A stretch of DNA of 64,000 bases, taken from the NCBI GenBank assembly GCA_963755915.1, contig CAVWLP010000003.1, forward strand, positions 256,001 through 320,000, read 5' to 3'. Of the stretch, positions 21,992-33,371 are shown one piece after another (the first letter of the stretch is position 1; every line of letters starts with the position of its first letter). A model generated the notes under the pieces. The model worked only from the letters and a program-made list of their open reading frames with translations, searched no databases and was not told the origin of the DNA. A program made the position numbers and the translations under genes. Source of the DNA: an uncultured Phycisphaerales bacterium. Lineage in GTDB: Bacteria; Planctomycetota; Phycisphaerae; Tepidisphaerales; Tepidisphaeraceae.

Positions 21992-22054
21992 AACTTACCC
22001 CAGGCTGATGGACGCACAAGAGCCTAAATGCGAACCGATGGGCCAGATTGCGCA
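21992..22054 (-). promoter_or_regulatory. Pectin-locus tandem direct-repeat site + -10 box (copy 2)
   Basis: Minus strand: TGCGCAATCTGGCCCATCGG TTCGCATTTAGGCTCTTGTGCG ... TAAGTT. Confidence 0.65.
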
Positions 22055-22072
22055 ATGAAGGACGTATGATGT

Positions 22073-23100
22073 TCAGGATGGAACTTTTTGCCCAGACCCG
22101 CTGGGCTGGGAGGAGGAATCTGCAGCATTTGCCCCGTGCATGCGAGGGTCCCAGCCGTCGTCTCCGCCAAGGAGATTTTCGATTGTCAGATTTGCCGCTT
22201 CATCATCGGTAAGTTCCCTCGACCATGAAACGCGCCCGCTGCGGTCTGCGCCGGGCCGGTGCAGTCGTATTCCGCGAATCGCGCCGTCTTCTCTTTGGCC
22301 GGATTCCCAAAGTTATTCCACCCAAGCGGATTGATGTGGGCGCCCATTTCGCAGCGAACATAGGCAACTGAAGCATAGTCGTACCAGGGCCGGCCCAGCT
22401 CGGCCATTTGGCCATCGCCCGTCAGCTTGCAATCGAGAAAAACGTACCCCCAAGGTTTGTTCTTATTCGTACTACCGGCCGTAACGTAACCCCCATTCTT
22501 GCTGTGAAGCTCACAATGGTCGAACACGGCCTGCGCGTTTCCAAATATGAAGTCGGTGCGGCCTTCGATATAGCAGTGATCGTAATACTGCCGCCCTCCG
22601 TTGGAGTAAAGCGTGTCCTGCCAGCCAAGGATCCGGCAATTTCGAAAAATCTGCCGGTCGCCCGTTGCCGACAGAGCCAGCGCCTGCCCGGTATCTCCGG
22701 CCGTGTTTTCGAAGGTGATGTTTTCCGCCACAAAATCATGTGGCTGAATCAGCACGCTGAAGCTGCCGGAAGTGCCCACCGCCTTTCCATTGGGTCCGAT
22801 GTGCTTCGCGTTCCAGTCGTTGGTGAGAATCGTGGTCTTGGCGTCATCGCCAAGGAAAGTCACAAAGGGTTTATCCTTGAGGAGCTTTGTCTGTCCCGTA
22901 TACGTGCCCGGTTTGATATGAATCGTCACCGGCTGCTTATTTTTCCCTGGAATCGCGTCAATTGCGGCCTGAACGGTTTGAAAATCACCGCTACCGTCGG
23001 ACGCGACAGTCAATGTTGTTCCCTCAGCGAAGGCGGTGCGCTGCCCGAGCACGCAAACCAGGCACAGCATGACAACAGAACAAATCGCCAAACTTCGCAT
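22073..23100 (-). CDS. Pectin methylesterase (CE8), secreted, frameshift near 22253
   Basis: GDFQTVQAAIDA, GQALAL, WQDTL, DFIFG and LGRPW. The shifted frame continues ADRSGRVSWSRELT...GWDP. Confidence 0.92.
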
Positions 23101-23114
23101 ATTGTGTCTTCCCT

Positions 23115-24331
23115 CTACCTCAGGGCGTCACCATTTCGCGAAAGTCCCTTTCCGTTTTTGCGATATACGTTTGGCGTCGCATTTTCTACTCGCATGAAAA
23201 CACGCCGAAATTGCCGCAGATCGGTGAAGCCGCAGGCCTGCGATATCCGGCTAAGCGTCATGTTCCTCTCCCGAAGCAATTCCTTCGCCCGCTGCACGCG
23301 AATTTCCGCAATGTATTCCGCGGGCGTTCGATTCAGGACGCTGTCGAACAATATTTCCAGTTGCCGGCGCAAACGCCCGCCGCGGTAACCAGCGCTTTCA
23401 CTCCGAACGGCTCGCCCGGATGGCTTTGCACAAATTCGACCGCCTTGGCGACCACCGGATGATCGATGACCATCACGTCGGTGGATTCGCGCTGAATAAC
23501 TCCATTGGGAGCGATCAGTTGATCGCATGACGGCCGCGGTTTTCCGTTCATCAGCTCGTCGAGCAGATGTGCGACCTGAAACCCGACTTTCCACCAGTCG
23601 CACTCAATTGTGGTCAACTTCGGCGAGCCAAATTCGCAGTCGATTTCGTTATTGTCGACGCCAATGATGCCCATTTCCTCCGGCACCTTTAGGCCCGCCT
23701 GCAGGCAGGCGTCGGCCAGCATCCGCGCTCGAGCGTCGCTAACGGCGAACACACCGATCGGCTTCGGCAGCTTCTTAATCCACTTGCACAGCCCGTAAAT
23801 CGCGTCGTCCCACAGTTGCTCGTGCATGAGCATGTTCGGGGAAATGTATCGAAACACGGACGAGGTTTTGGAGGCAAGCCGTGCGCAAAATTCCGATTCG
23901 CGCGTGATCGAATACCCGGCGCCTTCAACGCCATAAAACCCGAAATGCCGGAACCCCCGGTAGAGCAGATGTTCAGCCGCCATCCGGCCGATGGCCGCCT
24001 GATCCATCATGACCCGCGGAATTCCCGGATTCTGCACCAATGCCACGAACGTAACCACCGGTATTTTCATCCGCCGAGCGGCCTTGGCTTCCGCTTCCGT
24101 GCCGAAGGAAGTGATGATGCCGTCGCCCTGCCAGCGTCGGAGCGATCGGATCGAAAGATCGTTCGCCTCTCCGCTCGTCGTGAAGACCCAATTCCCGTGT
24201 TCATGCGCGTAATCGGCGATTCCCTGCACGACCGTGTGTAAATGGGCCAGCCGCACCGGGAAGGCAAGCGCAACCCGGCGCGGAGAATGTTTTTGCTTTG
24301 GCGCTATCCGTTTAGGAATCATGGCTTGCAA
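23115..24331 (-). CDS. XylR-type transcriptional regulator, frameshift near 23375
   Basis: KVPEEMGIIGVDN sensing domain; AraC HTH lies in ORF 23115-23603 (RRQLE...ISQACGF...FRRVF). Confidence 0.88.
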
Positions 24332-24335
24332 AATT

Positions 24336-25750
24336 CTAAGGACCTACCTGGTTTTCCAGTACAACAACTTGCCAGTGCGGGATGAACATGTGTACGGCCA
24401 AAAACGCGCAGGGGAAACCGCACCCGGCAAGAACGAACAGCAACGAGTAGTTCCCGCCGGTGTGCTGAAGATACCACCCGGCGAACTCCGCGAAGGCCAT
24501 CGAACCGATGGCGCCCGCTGCCGTGCCCAACCCCACCATCGAAGCGATGGCGCGCTTCGGATACAGGTCGGTTGTGATCGAGTAACTGTTGGCCGACCAC
24601 CCCTGCATCGCGGCCATCGCGAATCCCACCACCAGGATTGCCGGCCACATCAGCGGGATCAGACCCACAAAAGCAATCGGAATCACACAAAACGCGCAGA
24701 GCCCAAGCGAAAACTTGCGGGCGAAATGCACCGACTTTCCGTTCGAGATCAACCACGTCGCAAGCACGCCGCCCAAAATGCTCCCGATGAGCTGCATGCT
24801 GAACGCCGTGGCCAGCGGCCACCCCGCCTGCGAAATGCTTACCTTGAACCGGGAGGCAAGAAACTTCGGAAGCCAGAAAACCTGGAACCACATCACCGGC
24901 ACAACCAGCGCGGCCGATATCAGAATCCCCCAGGTCTGCGGAAAACGAAACAACTCAAACCAATGCACTCGGCCAACGTCCTCGTTGGCCGCCGAACGCG
25001 CAATCTCCGGATCGTCATCCGTCCGGATGAACGAAACGTCGGCCTCCGAAAGATAGCGAGACTTTTCCGGACGCTGGTAGAACAAAAGCCACAGCACGAT
25101 CCAGACGAATCCTAACGCGCAAGAACAATGAACGCCATCTCCCAATTCCAGGTCTTTACGATCCACGGGACGAGCAGAGGCGCAATGATGGCGCCGCTGC
25201 TCGTTCCGGTGTTAAACAAGCCCGTCGCCAGAGACCGCTCGCGGCGCGGGAACCATTCCCCGACCGTTTTCGTAGCGGCCGGAAAATTACCGGCTTCCCC
25301 AAGGCCAAGAGCGAAACGCGCCGCCGCGAATCCAAGAAGAGTCGTCGTCAACGCCGTCGCGCAAGCGGCCAGGCTCCACACCGCAATTGCGAAGATATAC
25401 CCCACCTTCAACCCACATCGATCGATGAACCAGCCCACGCCCAGCAGGCCGATCATATAGGCAAGCTGAAACGCGAAGACGAGGTGGCCGTATTCCTGCT
25501 CGTTCCAACCGAATTTTCCCTGCAGTATCGGGGCGAGGATCGCCATGACCTGCCGGTCCATGTAGTTGATCGACGTCGCCAGGAAGAGCAGCCCGCAGAT
25601 GAGCCAGCGAAAGGAAGCACCGTGAAAAAGTCTCCCGGAAGGTCGATTCCAGGCGACTCCCCGGCCCGCGGAAATTGATTTGGACGGCTCGGTGAAGGCC
25701 GAACGCGCCTGGCTCTCACTGCCTTCCTGCCGGGACGTGCGTAACATCAC
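24336..25750 (-). CDS. exuT: MFS hexuronate transporter (ExuT-like), frameshift near 25120
   Basis: RWLICGLLFLATSINYMDRQ, LGEAGNFPAA, EWFP..ERSLATGLFN and FWLPKFL. Confidence 0.8.
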
Positions 25751-25781
25751 GAACCTCGTCTTTCGATTCCGCTGATCGGAA

Positions 25782-25846
25782 ATGATACCGTCGATCCCGT
25801 TGCTCGCATAAAAGCGAGCCTGCGTACCAACGCGCTTAATTGCGCA
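25782..25846 (-). promoter_or_regulatory. Pectin-locus tandem direct-repeat site + -10 box (copy 3)
   Basis: Minus strand: TGCGCAATTAAGCGCGTTGG TACGCAGGCTCGCTTTTATGCG ... TATCAT. Confidence 0.55.
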
Positions 25847-25861
25847 GCCCTTGTTCCGGGA

Positions 25862-27313
25862 CTACGAACCGGCCGGCCTCGTCGCCGGATGATCAATGGC
25901 CAGCGTTTGTGAATCAATGTCGCTGCAATCCCGCGTCAAAAGGCCGGCCTCATCTTCCGTCTCAAACACGCAATCCTGGAAATGAACGCCGGTCGCATTT
26001 GTGCATGAAAAGCCGTGCCGGGACCGTACATGCACGTTACTGAAAGTAATGTCCGAGACAGGCATTTCGCGTAAACCGGTTATCGTGCCGGCGTCCGTCG
26101 CCCCGCGGACGGTTACGTTGGTGATCAGGATGTCCCGCAGCCGGGGAGTTGAGTCGCTCACCGGATATGTTTCGCCGGGCTTGTCCTTGCCCATGTAGAA
26201 CGTGGTAATTACGAACGGATGCGGAACGTCCTCCATAACGATGTTGTCAAACGCCACTCCCTCAATGACGCCGCCTCTTCCTCGCTGGCTTTTGATGCGG
26301 ATACCGCTGTCGGTTCCATGAAATACGCAATTGTTAACGGTGATGTTACGAACACCGCCCGACATTTCGCTGCCGATGGTCACACCACCATGACCATGGT
26401 AAGTCGTGCAGTTGGCGATGAGGATATCCTCGTCCGGCCGTCCCATCCTGCGGCCCGACTCATCTTCCCCGCTTTTCAGCGTGATGCAGTCATCCCCGTC
26501 GTCCACCCGGCAATTCAGAATCTGCACGCTTCGGCAGGATTCCGGATCAATACCATCTGTATTCGGCGAGGGAATGTGGGCTGAAATCGTTACCCCATCG
26601 ATGCGCACGCCGTCGCAAAGCAATGGATGAATATTCCATTCCGGCGAATCCAACAGAGTAACGTGCTCGACCACCACACTTGTACAGCGCAGAAACCGAA
26701 TCAACTGCGGACGGCCCAGCGGGAGGCCGGGCAGCGAGCCCACAATCTGAGGCTGCGGCGGCGCCGGCGGAGGGTCATACGTGCCGGTCGGGTCTTCGCT
26801 ACGTGCGTGCCGCTTGGCCTTCATCGCCAGTATGGGCCCCCACCACGATGCGCCCCGACCGTCAATCGTCCCGTTGCCGGTAACCGTGATGTCCGCCGCA
26901 TCATGCGCATAGATCAGCGCCGACATCCATCGTTTTTCTGGCTCCCACGGACTTTCCACCATCGGATAATCGGACGAGTTTTGGCTGGCAAGAAGCGTGG
27001 CGCCCTCGTCAATCTCCAGACAGACGTGAGACTTCAGCTCAAGCGCGCCGGTCAGATAGCGCCCGCCCGGGATAAGGACAGTGCCTCCGCCAGCCTCGAA
27101 GCATGCGGTAATCGCCTTCGAAATCGCCCCCGTGTCCAGAGTCCTGCCGTCGCCAACTGCACCGAAATCGGCAACATTCCAGATCGGCGGTCTGAGAGAA
27201 GCAGCTCGCGTGTCGGCGCAAATGCCGGCGGCGATCAGGGCGGCGATGAATAGTGAGCTTAATCCCGGCCGCGTCATAGAAGAATTCCTGGCGCCGCCAA
27301 GTCGCAGCCTCAT
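25862..27313 (-). CDS. GH28 glycoside hydrolase (exo-polygalacturonase-like)
   Basis: NTDGIDPES, GDDCITLKSG, GHGGVTIGSEMSGG and RIKS. ATG overlaps the upstream TAA (TAATG). Confidence 0.92.
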   Translation of the reverse strand: MRLRLGGARNSSMTRPGLSSLFIAALIAAGICADTRAASLRPPIWNVADFGAVGDGRTLDTGAISKAITACFEAGGGTVLIPGGRYLTGALELKSHVCLEIDEGATLLASQNSSDYPMVESPWEPEKRWMSALIYAHDAADITVTGNGTIDGRGASWWGPILAMKAKRHARSEDPTGTYDPPPAPPQPQIVGSLPGLPLGRPQLIRFLRCTSVVVEHVTLLDSPEWNIHPLLCDGVRIDGVTISAHIPSPNTDGIDPESCRSVQILNCRVDDGDDCITLKSGEDESGRRMGRPDEDILIANCTTYHGHGGVTIGSEMSGGVRNITVNNCVFHGTDSGIRIKSQRGRGGVIEGVAFDNIVMEDVPHPFVITTFYMGKDKPGETYPVSDSTPRLRDILITNVTVRGATDAGTITGLREMPVSDITFSNVHVRSRHGFSCTNATGVHFQDCVFETEDEAGLLTRDCSDIDSQTLAIDHPATRPAGS

Positions 27314-28206
27314 TAAAACAAAGGCTGGCCGTATTTATTCCAAGACGTCGCCCAGGCGCCGTTTTTCCAATATCCAACCAGGTAGTCCTTGGTTGTAAAC
27401 GAACTAAAAGCACTTCCACTGGGAGGCGAATTGTAAAGCCATGGGATATTGGTGATGTTGATGCTTCCGCCCCCTGGCATCACGAAATTATTCGGGGTCA
27501 CCAGGGCAACATGGCCGTCTGCGCATAGGACATTGGCTTGGGTTCGCTTGGTGTGGGGGAACCACATGAATGGGCACTGCTGCGATGCGGGAGCCCATGT
27601 GGCCCAGTGATTGCCAAGAAGGTAGTTTATTTCAGCGAACAGACTTATCCGCCATTGGTTGCTGTTACCGCCACCGCCTTCGGCATAAGCCTTATCGATG
27701 TCCGTCGCGAGAATCACGTTCCCCGGAATTCCGCTCACCTTTTGCACTGGCGCTGGGGCGGGCGACGTTGCGGGAATCACAATACTTCCGATATTTCCAT
27801 TGTACGTGTAGTCGCCCCAGTAATTATTCGTCCCAATGGGACCGGTTATGTCCAACGTGTGGTCCGCCGACGGGCAATAGAGATATTTGAGGACCGTCTG
27901 GTCGTTTTGGTTTGAGTTGTCGTTTGCGTTGTTGCCCCCCACCTCATTGCCGATCAATCCCGGAGACCACCAGAAAGTAAGCACGTTCGGCGTGCTCATC
28001 TCGGCAGGCAGTGCATAGCCCTGATAATCATCTGAATAAAGGACATAAAGAGCGTATATCTGCCGAAGATTCGACTGACACGCCACCGTATTCGCCTGCT
28101 CCCTCGCTTTCTGCAGCGCCGGCAGGAGAATTCCAATCAAAACGGCGATGATTCCGATGACCACAAGCAATTCGACAAGAGTAAATCCGGGTTTAGGTCT
28201 CCGCAT
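27313..28206 (-). CDS. Prepilin-type N-terminal cleavage/methylation protein with H-Xn-DGHV motif (DUF1559-like)
   Basis: [40 protein letters not shown] and PH...[10 protein letters not shown]. Confidence 0.9.
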   Translation of the reverse strand: MRRPKPGFTLVELLVVIGIIAVLIGILLPALQKAREQANTVACQSNLRQIYALYVLYSDDYQGYALPAEMSTPNVLTFWWSPGLIGNEVGGNNANDNSNQNDQTVLKYLYCPSADHTLDITGPIGTNNYWGDYTYNGNIGSIVIPATSPAPAPVQKVSGIPGNVILATDIDKAYAEGGGGNSNQWRISLFAEINYLLGNHWATWAPASQQCPFMWFPHTKRTQANVLCADGHVALVTPNNFVMPGGGSINITNIPWLYNSPPSGSAFSSFTTKDYLVGYWKNGAWATSWNKYGQPLF

Positions 28207-28277
28207 ACTGTCCGCCTCGTAAAGTCATTTCGCTCCGTCCGAGAGATGGTGGGCGAATCGCGCCCAGCTACGGAGGA

Positions 28278-28341
28278 ACTATGACACGCCCTCGATATGC
28301 GCACTAGTGCTTTCTTGCGCATTGATGTGCTATTTTGCGCA
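28278..28341 (-). promoter_or_regulatory. Pectin-locus tandem direct-repeat site + -10 box (copy 4)
   Basis: Minus strand: TGCGCAAAATAGCACATCAA TGCGCAAGAAAGCACTAGTGCG ... CATAGT. Confidence 0.6.
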
Positions 28342-28421
28342 AGATATTCAGATGGTCTCCGCGCGCTCGCCCGATCGTAATTTAGTCTTTGAGATTCACG
28401 CTCCGCCGCGGCGCGACCCGC

Positions 28422-28484
28422 TTCGCAAAACGGATCATCCATTCGCAATATGGCTCTTTCGCGAACTGCGGGCGCCGCTATATT
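28422..28484 (+). promoter_or_regulatory. Pectin-locus tandem direct-repeat site + -10 box (copy 5)
   Basis: Plus strand: TTCGCAAAACGGATCATCCA TTCGCAATATGGCTCTTTCGCG ... TATATT. Confidence 0.65.
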
Positions 28485-28562
28485 TCCGGCAACACAACAG
28501 GCAATTCGGTCAAGGCGGTCGAATTCTCAAACGAGCTCATTCAACGTAATTGGAGGGTTATC

Positions 28563-31500
28563 ATGAAAGAGTCGAGCAGCGGCTTCCTCTCGGGCACTTT
28601 GAACAATTTCTCGCGGAACGCTCGGCGCACCCGCCGCTCCGCGGCAGTCCTGGCCTCGGCCACGGCCGTCAGCTTCCTCACGTTGAGGGGGCACGCGCAA
28701 ACGACCAATCTCACGTGGGACCCGGCACAGAATGCCAACAACTCCCTTCCCGCCAGCGGCGGCAGCGGAACCTGGAACACGACCCTTGCCAACTGGTCCA
28801 ACGGCACCGCGGACGTCGTCTGGGCGGACACCTCCGGAACGCTCGATAACGCCATCTTCGGCGGCACGGCCGGAACGGTTACGCAGAATGCAAACCTCGG
28901 TGCTGCCGAGGTGATCTTCCAAACACCGGGCTATTCCATCAACAGCGGTTCGAACATTCTGCTCCTGGCGACAGCAGGCACAACCATCGACACCAGCGAC
29001 ATCGGTTCCGGGTCCGCCAGCCTGGGCAACGTGGATATCGGCGCCAGCGCGGAAACCTGGAACGTCGGCTCGGCTGCTCTCGCCTTTAACGGCGCGGTTC
29101 GCGACAACGGGCAGTCCAGCACCACCCTCACCGTCAACGGAAGCGGCACGACTCAGCTCTCGGGCGGCCTCACGCTTACCAGTGGCAATTTTACGGCCAG
29201 GTGGACCGTTGCCGGCAGCGAAAACATTAACATTGCGGGACTCGTGCAGGACGGGAATACCGGCGGCAACTTCCTCACCTATGACGGCACGGGGACGCTC
29301 TCCCTGTCGGGAACATCCAATACGTTTGGGACCTCGACGTCATCAAATCTGGCCGTGGATAGCGGCGTGCTGGCCGTCGCCGCCGCCGGCTCGCTTGGAA
29401 GCTCCTCTAACCCGCTGGTACTTGGAAACAACACTGCCACCGCGACCTTCCAGGGCATTGGATCGAGCACCATCGCCGTTGCTAACCCCGTCACCCTCGG
29501 CGGCGGCGGTGGTGGTACCTCCATCATTGGCGGGTCTACGCCGCTGGTTTTCACCAACGTCACTGGCCAGGGCAGCTCCGATGATCTGAACGTAAATAAC
29601 ACCGCTTCCACCACCTTCAGCGGCAGCTTCTATCTTTCCGGCAGCGAAGGCAACCGAAGGGTCTTGATCGGCGGAACCGGCAGTCTCCTGATCAGCGCCG
29701 TCGTTAGCGATAATCCTTTGGAAGGACCGGGCATCAATCCTTCAACCCTTGCTTATCTCGGCACGGGAACGATGACCCTCACCAACGTCGACAACAATTT
29801 CTCGGGCGACCTGGCGGTCCAAAACGGCACAGTCGTCGTCACCAACGATGCAGTTCTCGGCGTCGGCAGCACTTTGTTCTTCGGCCCGGCTAGCGGCAGT
29901 ACGCCCGCGGGAGCGGGCATTTTTGAGGGTTCGGGCACTTCCACACTAACGATCGCCCACCCGGTGACGATAGATACCAGCACCGCGGATGACATCACCC
30001 TCGCCGGCACGACTCCGCTGCTGTTCACCAATACCATCACCTTCGACACCGCCAGTTCAACCACCAACACAGTCATCGTTAACGACACAGGCGGCGTCGT
30101 CTGGAATGCGCCCGTTTACCTTGCAACAGGCGGTAGCAATCGAACCACAACATTCGGCGGAGCCAACAATATCACTATCGACGGAGTCGTCGCCACCGGT
30201 ACGGTGGGCGTTACCACCACGTGTAATCTGGCCTATAGCGGAACCGGCACGATGACGCTCGCCAACGCCAACACCTACACCGGAACGAACACCGTTAACA
30301 GTGGCGTATTCGATGTCGCCAACACTTCCGGCTCCGCCACCGGAACCGGCAACGTAACATTGAATGGCGGCGTCCTCGCCAGCGGAAGCGTCGGCTCCAT
30401 TGCCGGCAATGTCATCGCCGGCAGCGGCGCGCACGCGATCGCCCCCGGCGGCGTCGGAAGCGTTGGAACACTGACTGTTGGCGGACTCACCACCAGTACG
30501 CTCACCACCCTGGACTTCGACCTCGGCACCGGCAGCGGCCTCGTCACCAATGGCGACAATCTCATCCTGGGCTCGGGACTCGTCAGCATTGCCAGCGGCA
30601 CACTCCTCACCTTTGGCGGCGCCACACCGGTTGCCGGCAATGACTACCAGCTCATTGGCGATACCAGTGGCTCCGGCGCCGTCGTCAGTCAGATCCAACT
30701 GGCGAATTTTACGCTCCCAGCAGCGCCGGCCGGCCTGGCCTACAGCCTCGCGGAAAGCGCCAACTTTATCGATCTCGATGTGATCAGCACCGGACCGGTT
30801 TCGCTCTTCTGGGATAATGCCGGCGGCAGTGGCAATGGCACCACCTGGGATACCAGCAACCAGAACTGGAACAACGGTTCAGCCGCAACGACCTACGCCG
30901 ACGGTGCGGCCGTCACCTTCAACGACACCAACGCCCTCCACTATGCCGTAACCCTCACCACCACCGTCAGTCCCGCCTCGGTGACGGTCAACAGCTCCGG
31001 CAACTACTCCATCACCGGCGGTGGTCTCATCGTCGCCACCGGCGGATTCACGAAGATGGGCACGAGCACTCTGACGCTCGGCGTTGGTCTGACCGCCAGC
31101 AGCCTGGCCATCAACGGTGGAAACGTCGTGCTTGCGAGCAACACGACCGCCAGCAGCGGCTGGACCGCCACCAATCCCGTCAGCAATATCAACGTCTCCT
31201 CGCTGACCATTGCGGCCAACAGCGTTCTGGACATCTCCAATAACCACGTGATCATCGACTACGGCGCCACCGACCCGATGTCTACCATCCTGGGCTACCT
31301 CAAGTCCGGCTTCAACAACGGCGCCTGGAACGGGACCTCTGGAATCATCTCGTCCGCCGCCCAGACCAAAACCAACGGCTTGACCTACAGCATCGGTTGG
31401 GCCGACGGAAACGACAAAACCGGGGCCGTGAAAAACCTCACCAGCGGCGAGATCGAATTGAAGTACACGCTGGTCGGCGACGCCAATCTCGACGGCACCG

Positions 31501-31811
31501 TCAACGGCTCCGACTTCTCGATCCTGGCCGCCAACTTCGGCCTCGGCGTCACCAACTGGGACCAGGGGAACTTCCTGTATGGCAGTTCGGTCAACGGCTC
31601 CGACTTCAGCGCCTTGGCGGCGAACTTCGGCCAGGGCGATAGCGGCGCTGCCGTGACGGTTACGCCCGCAGACGTGCAGGCGCTCGACGCCTTCGCGGCC
31701 GCCAACGGCCTGCCAGCGCCGACGATCGCCGCGGTGCCGGAACCTGCGAGCCTTGGCCTCTTGGCGCTGGGCGCCACCAGTTTACTGGCCCGCCGCCGGC
31801 GGTCTGAGTGA
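28563..31811 (+). CDS. Large PEP-CTERM protein with autotransporter-associated beta-strand repeats and dockerin-like repeat
   Basis: Start MKESSSG after GGAGG. Has GTGTMTL.NANTYTG-type repeats, duplicated NGSDFS.LAANFG and VPEPASLGLLALGATSLLARRRRSE. Confidence 0.88.
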   Translation: MKESSSGFLSGTLNNFSRNARRTRRSAAVLASATAVSFLTLRGHAQTTNLTWDPAQNANNSLPASGGSGTWNTTLANWSNGTADVVWADTSGTLDNAIFGGTAGTVTQNANLGAAEVIFQTPGYSINSGSNILLLATAGTTIDTSDIGSGSASLGNVDIGASAETWNVGSAALAFNGAVRDNGQSSTTLTVNGSGTTQLSGGLTLTSGNFTARWTVAGSENINIAGLVQDGNTGGNFLTYDGTGTLSLSGTSNTFGTSTSSNLAVDSGVLAVAAAGSLGSSSNPLVLGNNTATATFQGIGSSTIAVANPVTLGGGGGGTSIIGGSTPLVFTNVTGQGSSDDLNVNNTASTTFSGSFYLSGSEGNRRVLIGGTGSLLISAVVSDNPLEGPGINPSTLAYLGTGTMTLTNVDNNFSGDLAVQNGTVVVTNDAVLGVGSTLFFGPASGSTPAGAGIFEGSGTSTLTIAHPVTIDTSTADDITLAGTTPLLFTNTITFDTASSTTNTVIVNDTGGVVWNAPVYLATGGSNRTTTFGGANNITIDGVVATGTVGVTTTCNLAYSGTGTMTLANANTYTGTNTVNSGVFDVANTSGSATGTGNVTLNGGVLASGSVGSIAGNVIAGSGAHAIAPGGVGSVGTLTVGGLTTSTLTTLDFDLGTGSGLVTNGDNLILGSGLVSIASGTLLTFGGATPVAGNDYQLIGDTSGSGAVVSQIQLANFTLPAAPAGLAYSLAESANFIDLDVISTGPVSLFWDNAGGSGNGTTWDTSNQNWNNGSAATTYADGAAVTFNDTNALHYAVTLTTTVSPASVTVNSSGNYSITGGGLIVATGGFTKMGTSTLTLGVGLTASSLAINGGNVVLASNTTASSGWTATNPVSNINVSSLTIAANSVLDISNNHVIIDYGATDPMSTILGYLKSGFNNGAWNGTSGIISSAAQTKTNGLTYSIGWADGNDKTGAVKNLTSGEIELKYTLVGDANLDGTVNGSDFSILAANFGLGVTNWDQGNFLYGSSVNGSDFSALAANFGQGDSGAAVTVTPADVQALDAFAAANGLPAPTIAAVPEPASLGLLALGATSLLARRRRSE

Positions 31812-31848
31812 GTGTCGATGATCTGCACGACCAACAGGTCCTCCTCTG

Positions 31849-31891
31849 CCGACCGCGACCATCCCTCCGAGGCGCGGTCGGTTTCTTATTT
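31849..31891 (+). terminator. Probable Rho-independent terminator
   Basis: CCGACCGCG...CGCGGTCGG stem followed by TTTCTTATTT, just after the PEP-CTERM gene. Confidence 0.55.
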
Positions 31892-31975
31892 GTTTCCCGG
31901 GGAGGCTTACGTTATTCCGGCAGAAGTTCGAAGGGGATGATTCACGCTAACGCTTCGTGTGTTCGCGACACTCTG

Positions 31976-33334
31976 ATGACTCAATATCATCCACTTCTGG
32001 GCCGCGGAAACACGCTCGGCGTCTCCGTTTTAACCGTTGCCTCTTTATTGATTTGCATATGGACATCCCCGGCCCAATCCGCGTCACCGGAGCCGACGCC
32101 GCGAAACATATCACCACAGTTGCCGCAAATTCCCCACCGAATCTTCTCCGTGAGCGACTATGGCGCCGTCGGCGACGCATCCACCACGAATACAAAACAG
32201 ATCCAGAACGCAATCGATGCCGCCGAATCCGCCGGCGGCGGTGTGGTGAACCTACCCCCAGGCGTATACCTCTGCGGCCCCCTTCATCTTTCCAGCAATA
32301 TAGACCTCAACCTCGACAAAGGATCGATCCTCAGATTGCTCCCCATCGATAAATATCCCGGCCGAACCACCAATCCCCAAAATTTCCTTAGCGGCCGACG
32401 GCTTCACGACATCGCTCTCACCGGCGAAGGCACAATCGACGGCCAGGGCATTCCCTGGTGGCCCTATGCAAATGTGAAAGGAGCCCGGCGGCCCTGCATG
32501 ATCGCCATCGACGCCACCCAACGAATTCTGATCGAAAATCTAACCCTGCGAAATTCGCCGATGTTCCATATCGCCATCGGCGGTGGGTCCACCGACGTAA
32601 CCGTTCGGCACGTCACCATTCGCGCCAATCCATCCACCGATCCGGTCCATCCCGGCATGAACACCGATGCCTGCGATGTCAGCGGCCGAAACATCTTAAT
32701 CCAGGATTGCGACGTCAGCGTCGGCGATGACGACTTCACCTGCGGCGGCGGAACATCAGACGTGCTCATCACCGGCTGCACTTATGGTTGCGGCCACGGC
32801 GTCTCGATCGGCAGCCATACCGTCGGCGGCGTTTCCAACATCACCGTCCAGAATTGCACCTTTGAAAACACCGACTTTGGTATTCGCATCAAATCCGACC
32901 GCGACCGAGGCGGTTTCGTCCACGACCTTACTTACCGGAACCTCAGGTTAACCAATGTTGGTTGCCCCATTCTTATCTACGCCTCCTATGCGGCGAGCGA
33001 CGACAAATATCGCGATTTGAACGATCTCACCCCCGAAACCGCCGCCGACTACCCGGCCAAAAACGTGACGAATCGAACCCCGCTGTACCGGAACATCACC
33101 TTCACCGATATCATCGCCACCGCGCATAAAGGCCGTCGTGCCGGACTGATTTGGGGGTTGCCCGAGGCTCCCGTATCAAACCTGCTCCTTCAGAATGTGC
33201 AAATAACGGCTGATAAACCCCTGGGAATTTTTGACGCCAATAATGTTCGTCTGATCGAATGTCGCATTACCACTCCATCGGGTGTAAAAAGCGTTTCCAC
33301 AACCGGCGCGGATGTGTCAACTTCCATGAGGTGA
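31976..33334 (+). CDS. GH28 glycoside hydrolase, secreted
   Basis: NTDACD, GDDD, GHGVSIG and RIKSDRDRGG; signal peptide. Start codon uncertain. Confidence 0.9.
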   Translation: MTQYHPLLGRGNTLGVSVLTVASLLICIWTSPAQSASPEPTPRNISPQLPQIPHRIFSVSDYGAVGDASTTNTKQIQNAIDAAESAGGGVVNLPPGVYLCGPLHLSSNIDLNLDKGSILRLLPIDKYPGRTTNPQNFLSGRRLHDIALTGEGTIDGQGIPWWPYANVKGARRPCMIAIDATQRILIENLTLRNSPMFHIAIGGGSTDVTVRHVTIRANPSTDPVHPGMNTDACDVSGRNILIQDCDVSVGDDDFTCGGGTSDVLITGCTYGCGHGVSIGSHTVGGVSNITVQNCTFENTDFGIRIKSDRDRGGFVHDLTYRNLRLTNVGCPILIYASYAASDDKYRDLNDLTPETAADYPAKNVTNRTPLYRNITFTDIIATAHKGRRAGLIWGLPEAPVSNLLLQNVQITADKPLGIFDANNVRLIECRITTPSGVKSVSTTGADVSTSMR

Positions 33335-33371
33335 GGGGAATCCACTCAGAATCTTTCGCTTTGAGAAGCAT

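Noticed and set aside
22030-22052. Pectin motif read as a sigma54 promoter (TGGC...TTCGC)
   Set aside because: GG-GC spacing is 11 rather than 10, and sigma70-like -10 boxes follow all five copies.
28389-28562. N-terminal extension of the large PEP-CTERM ORF
   Set aside because: It overlaps the predicted promoter; the RBS-supported ATG is at 28563.
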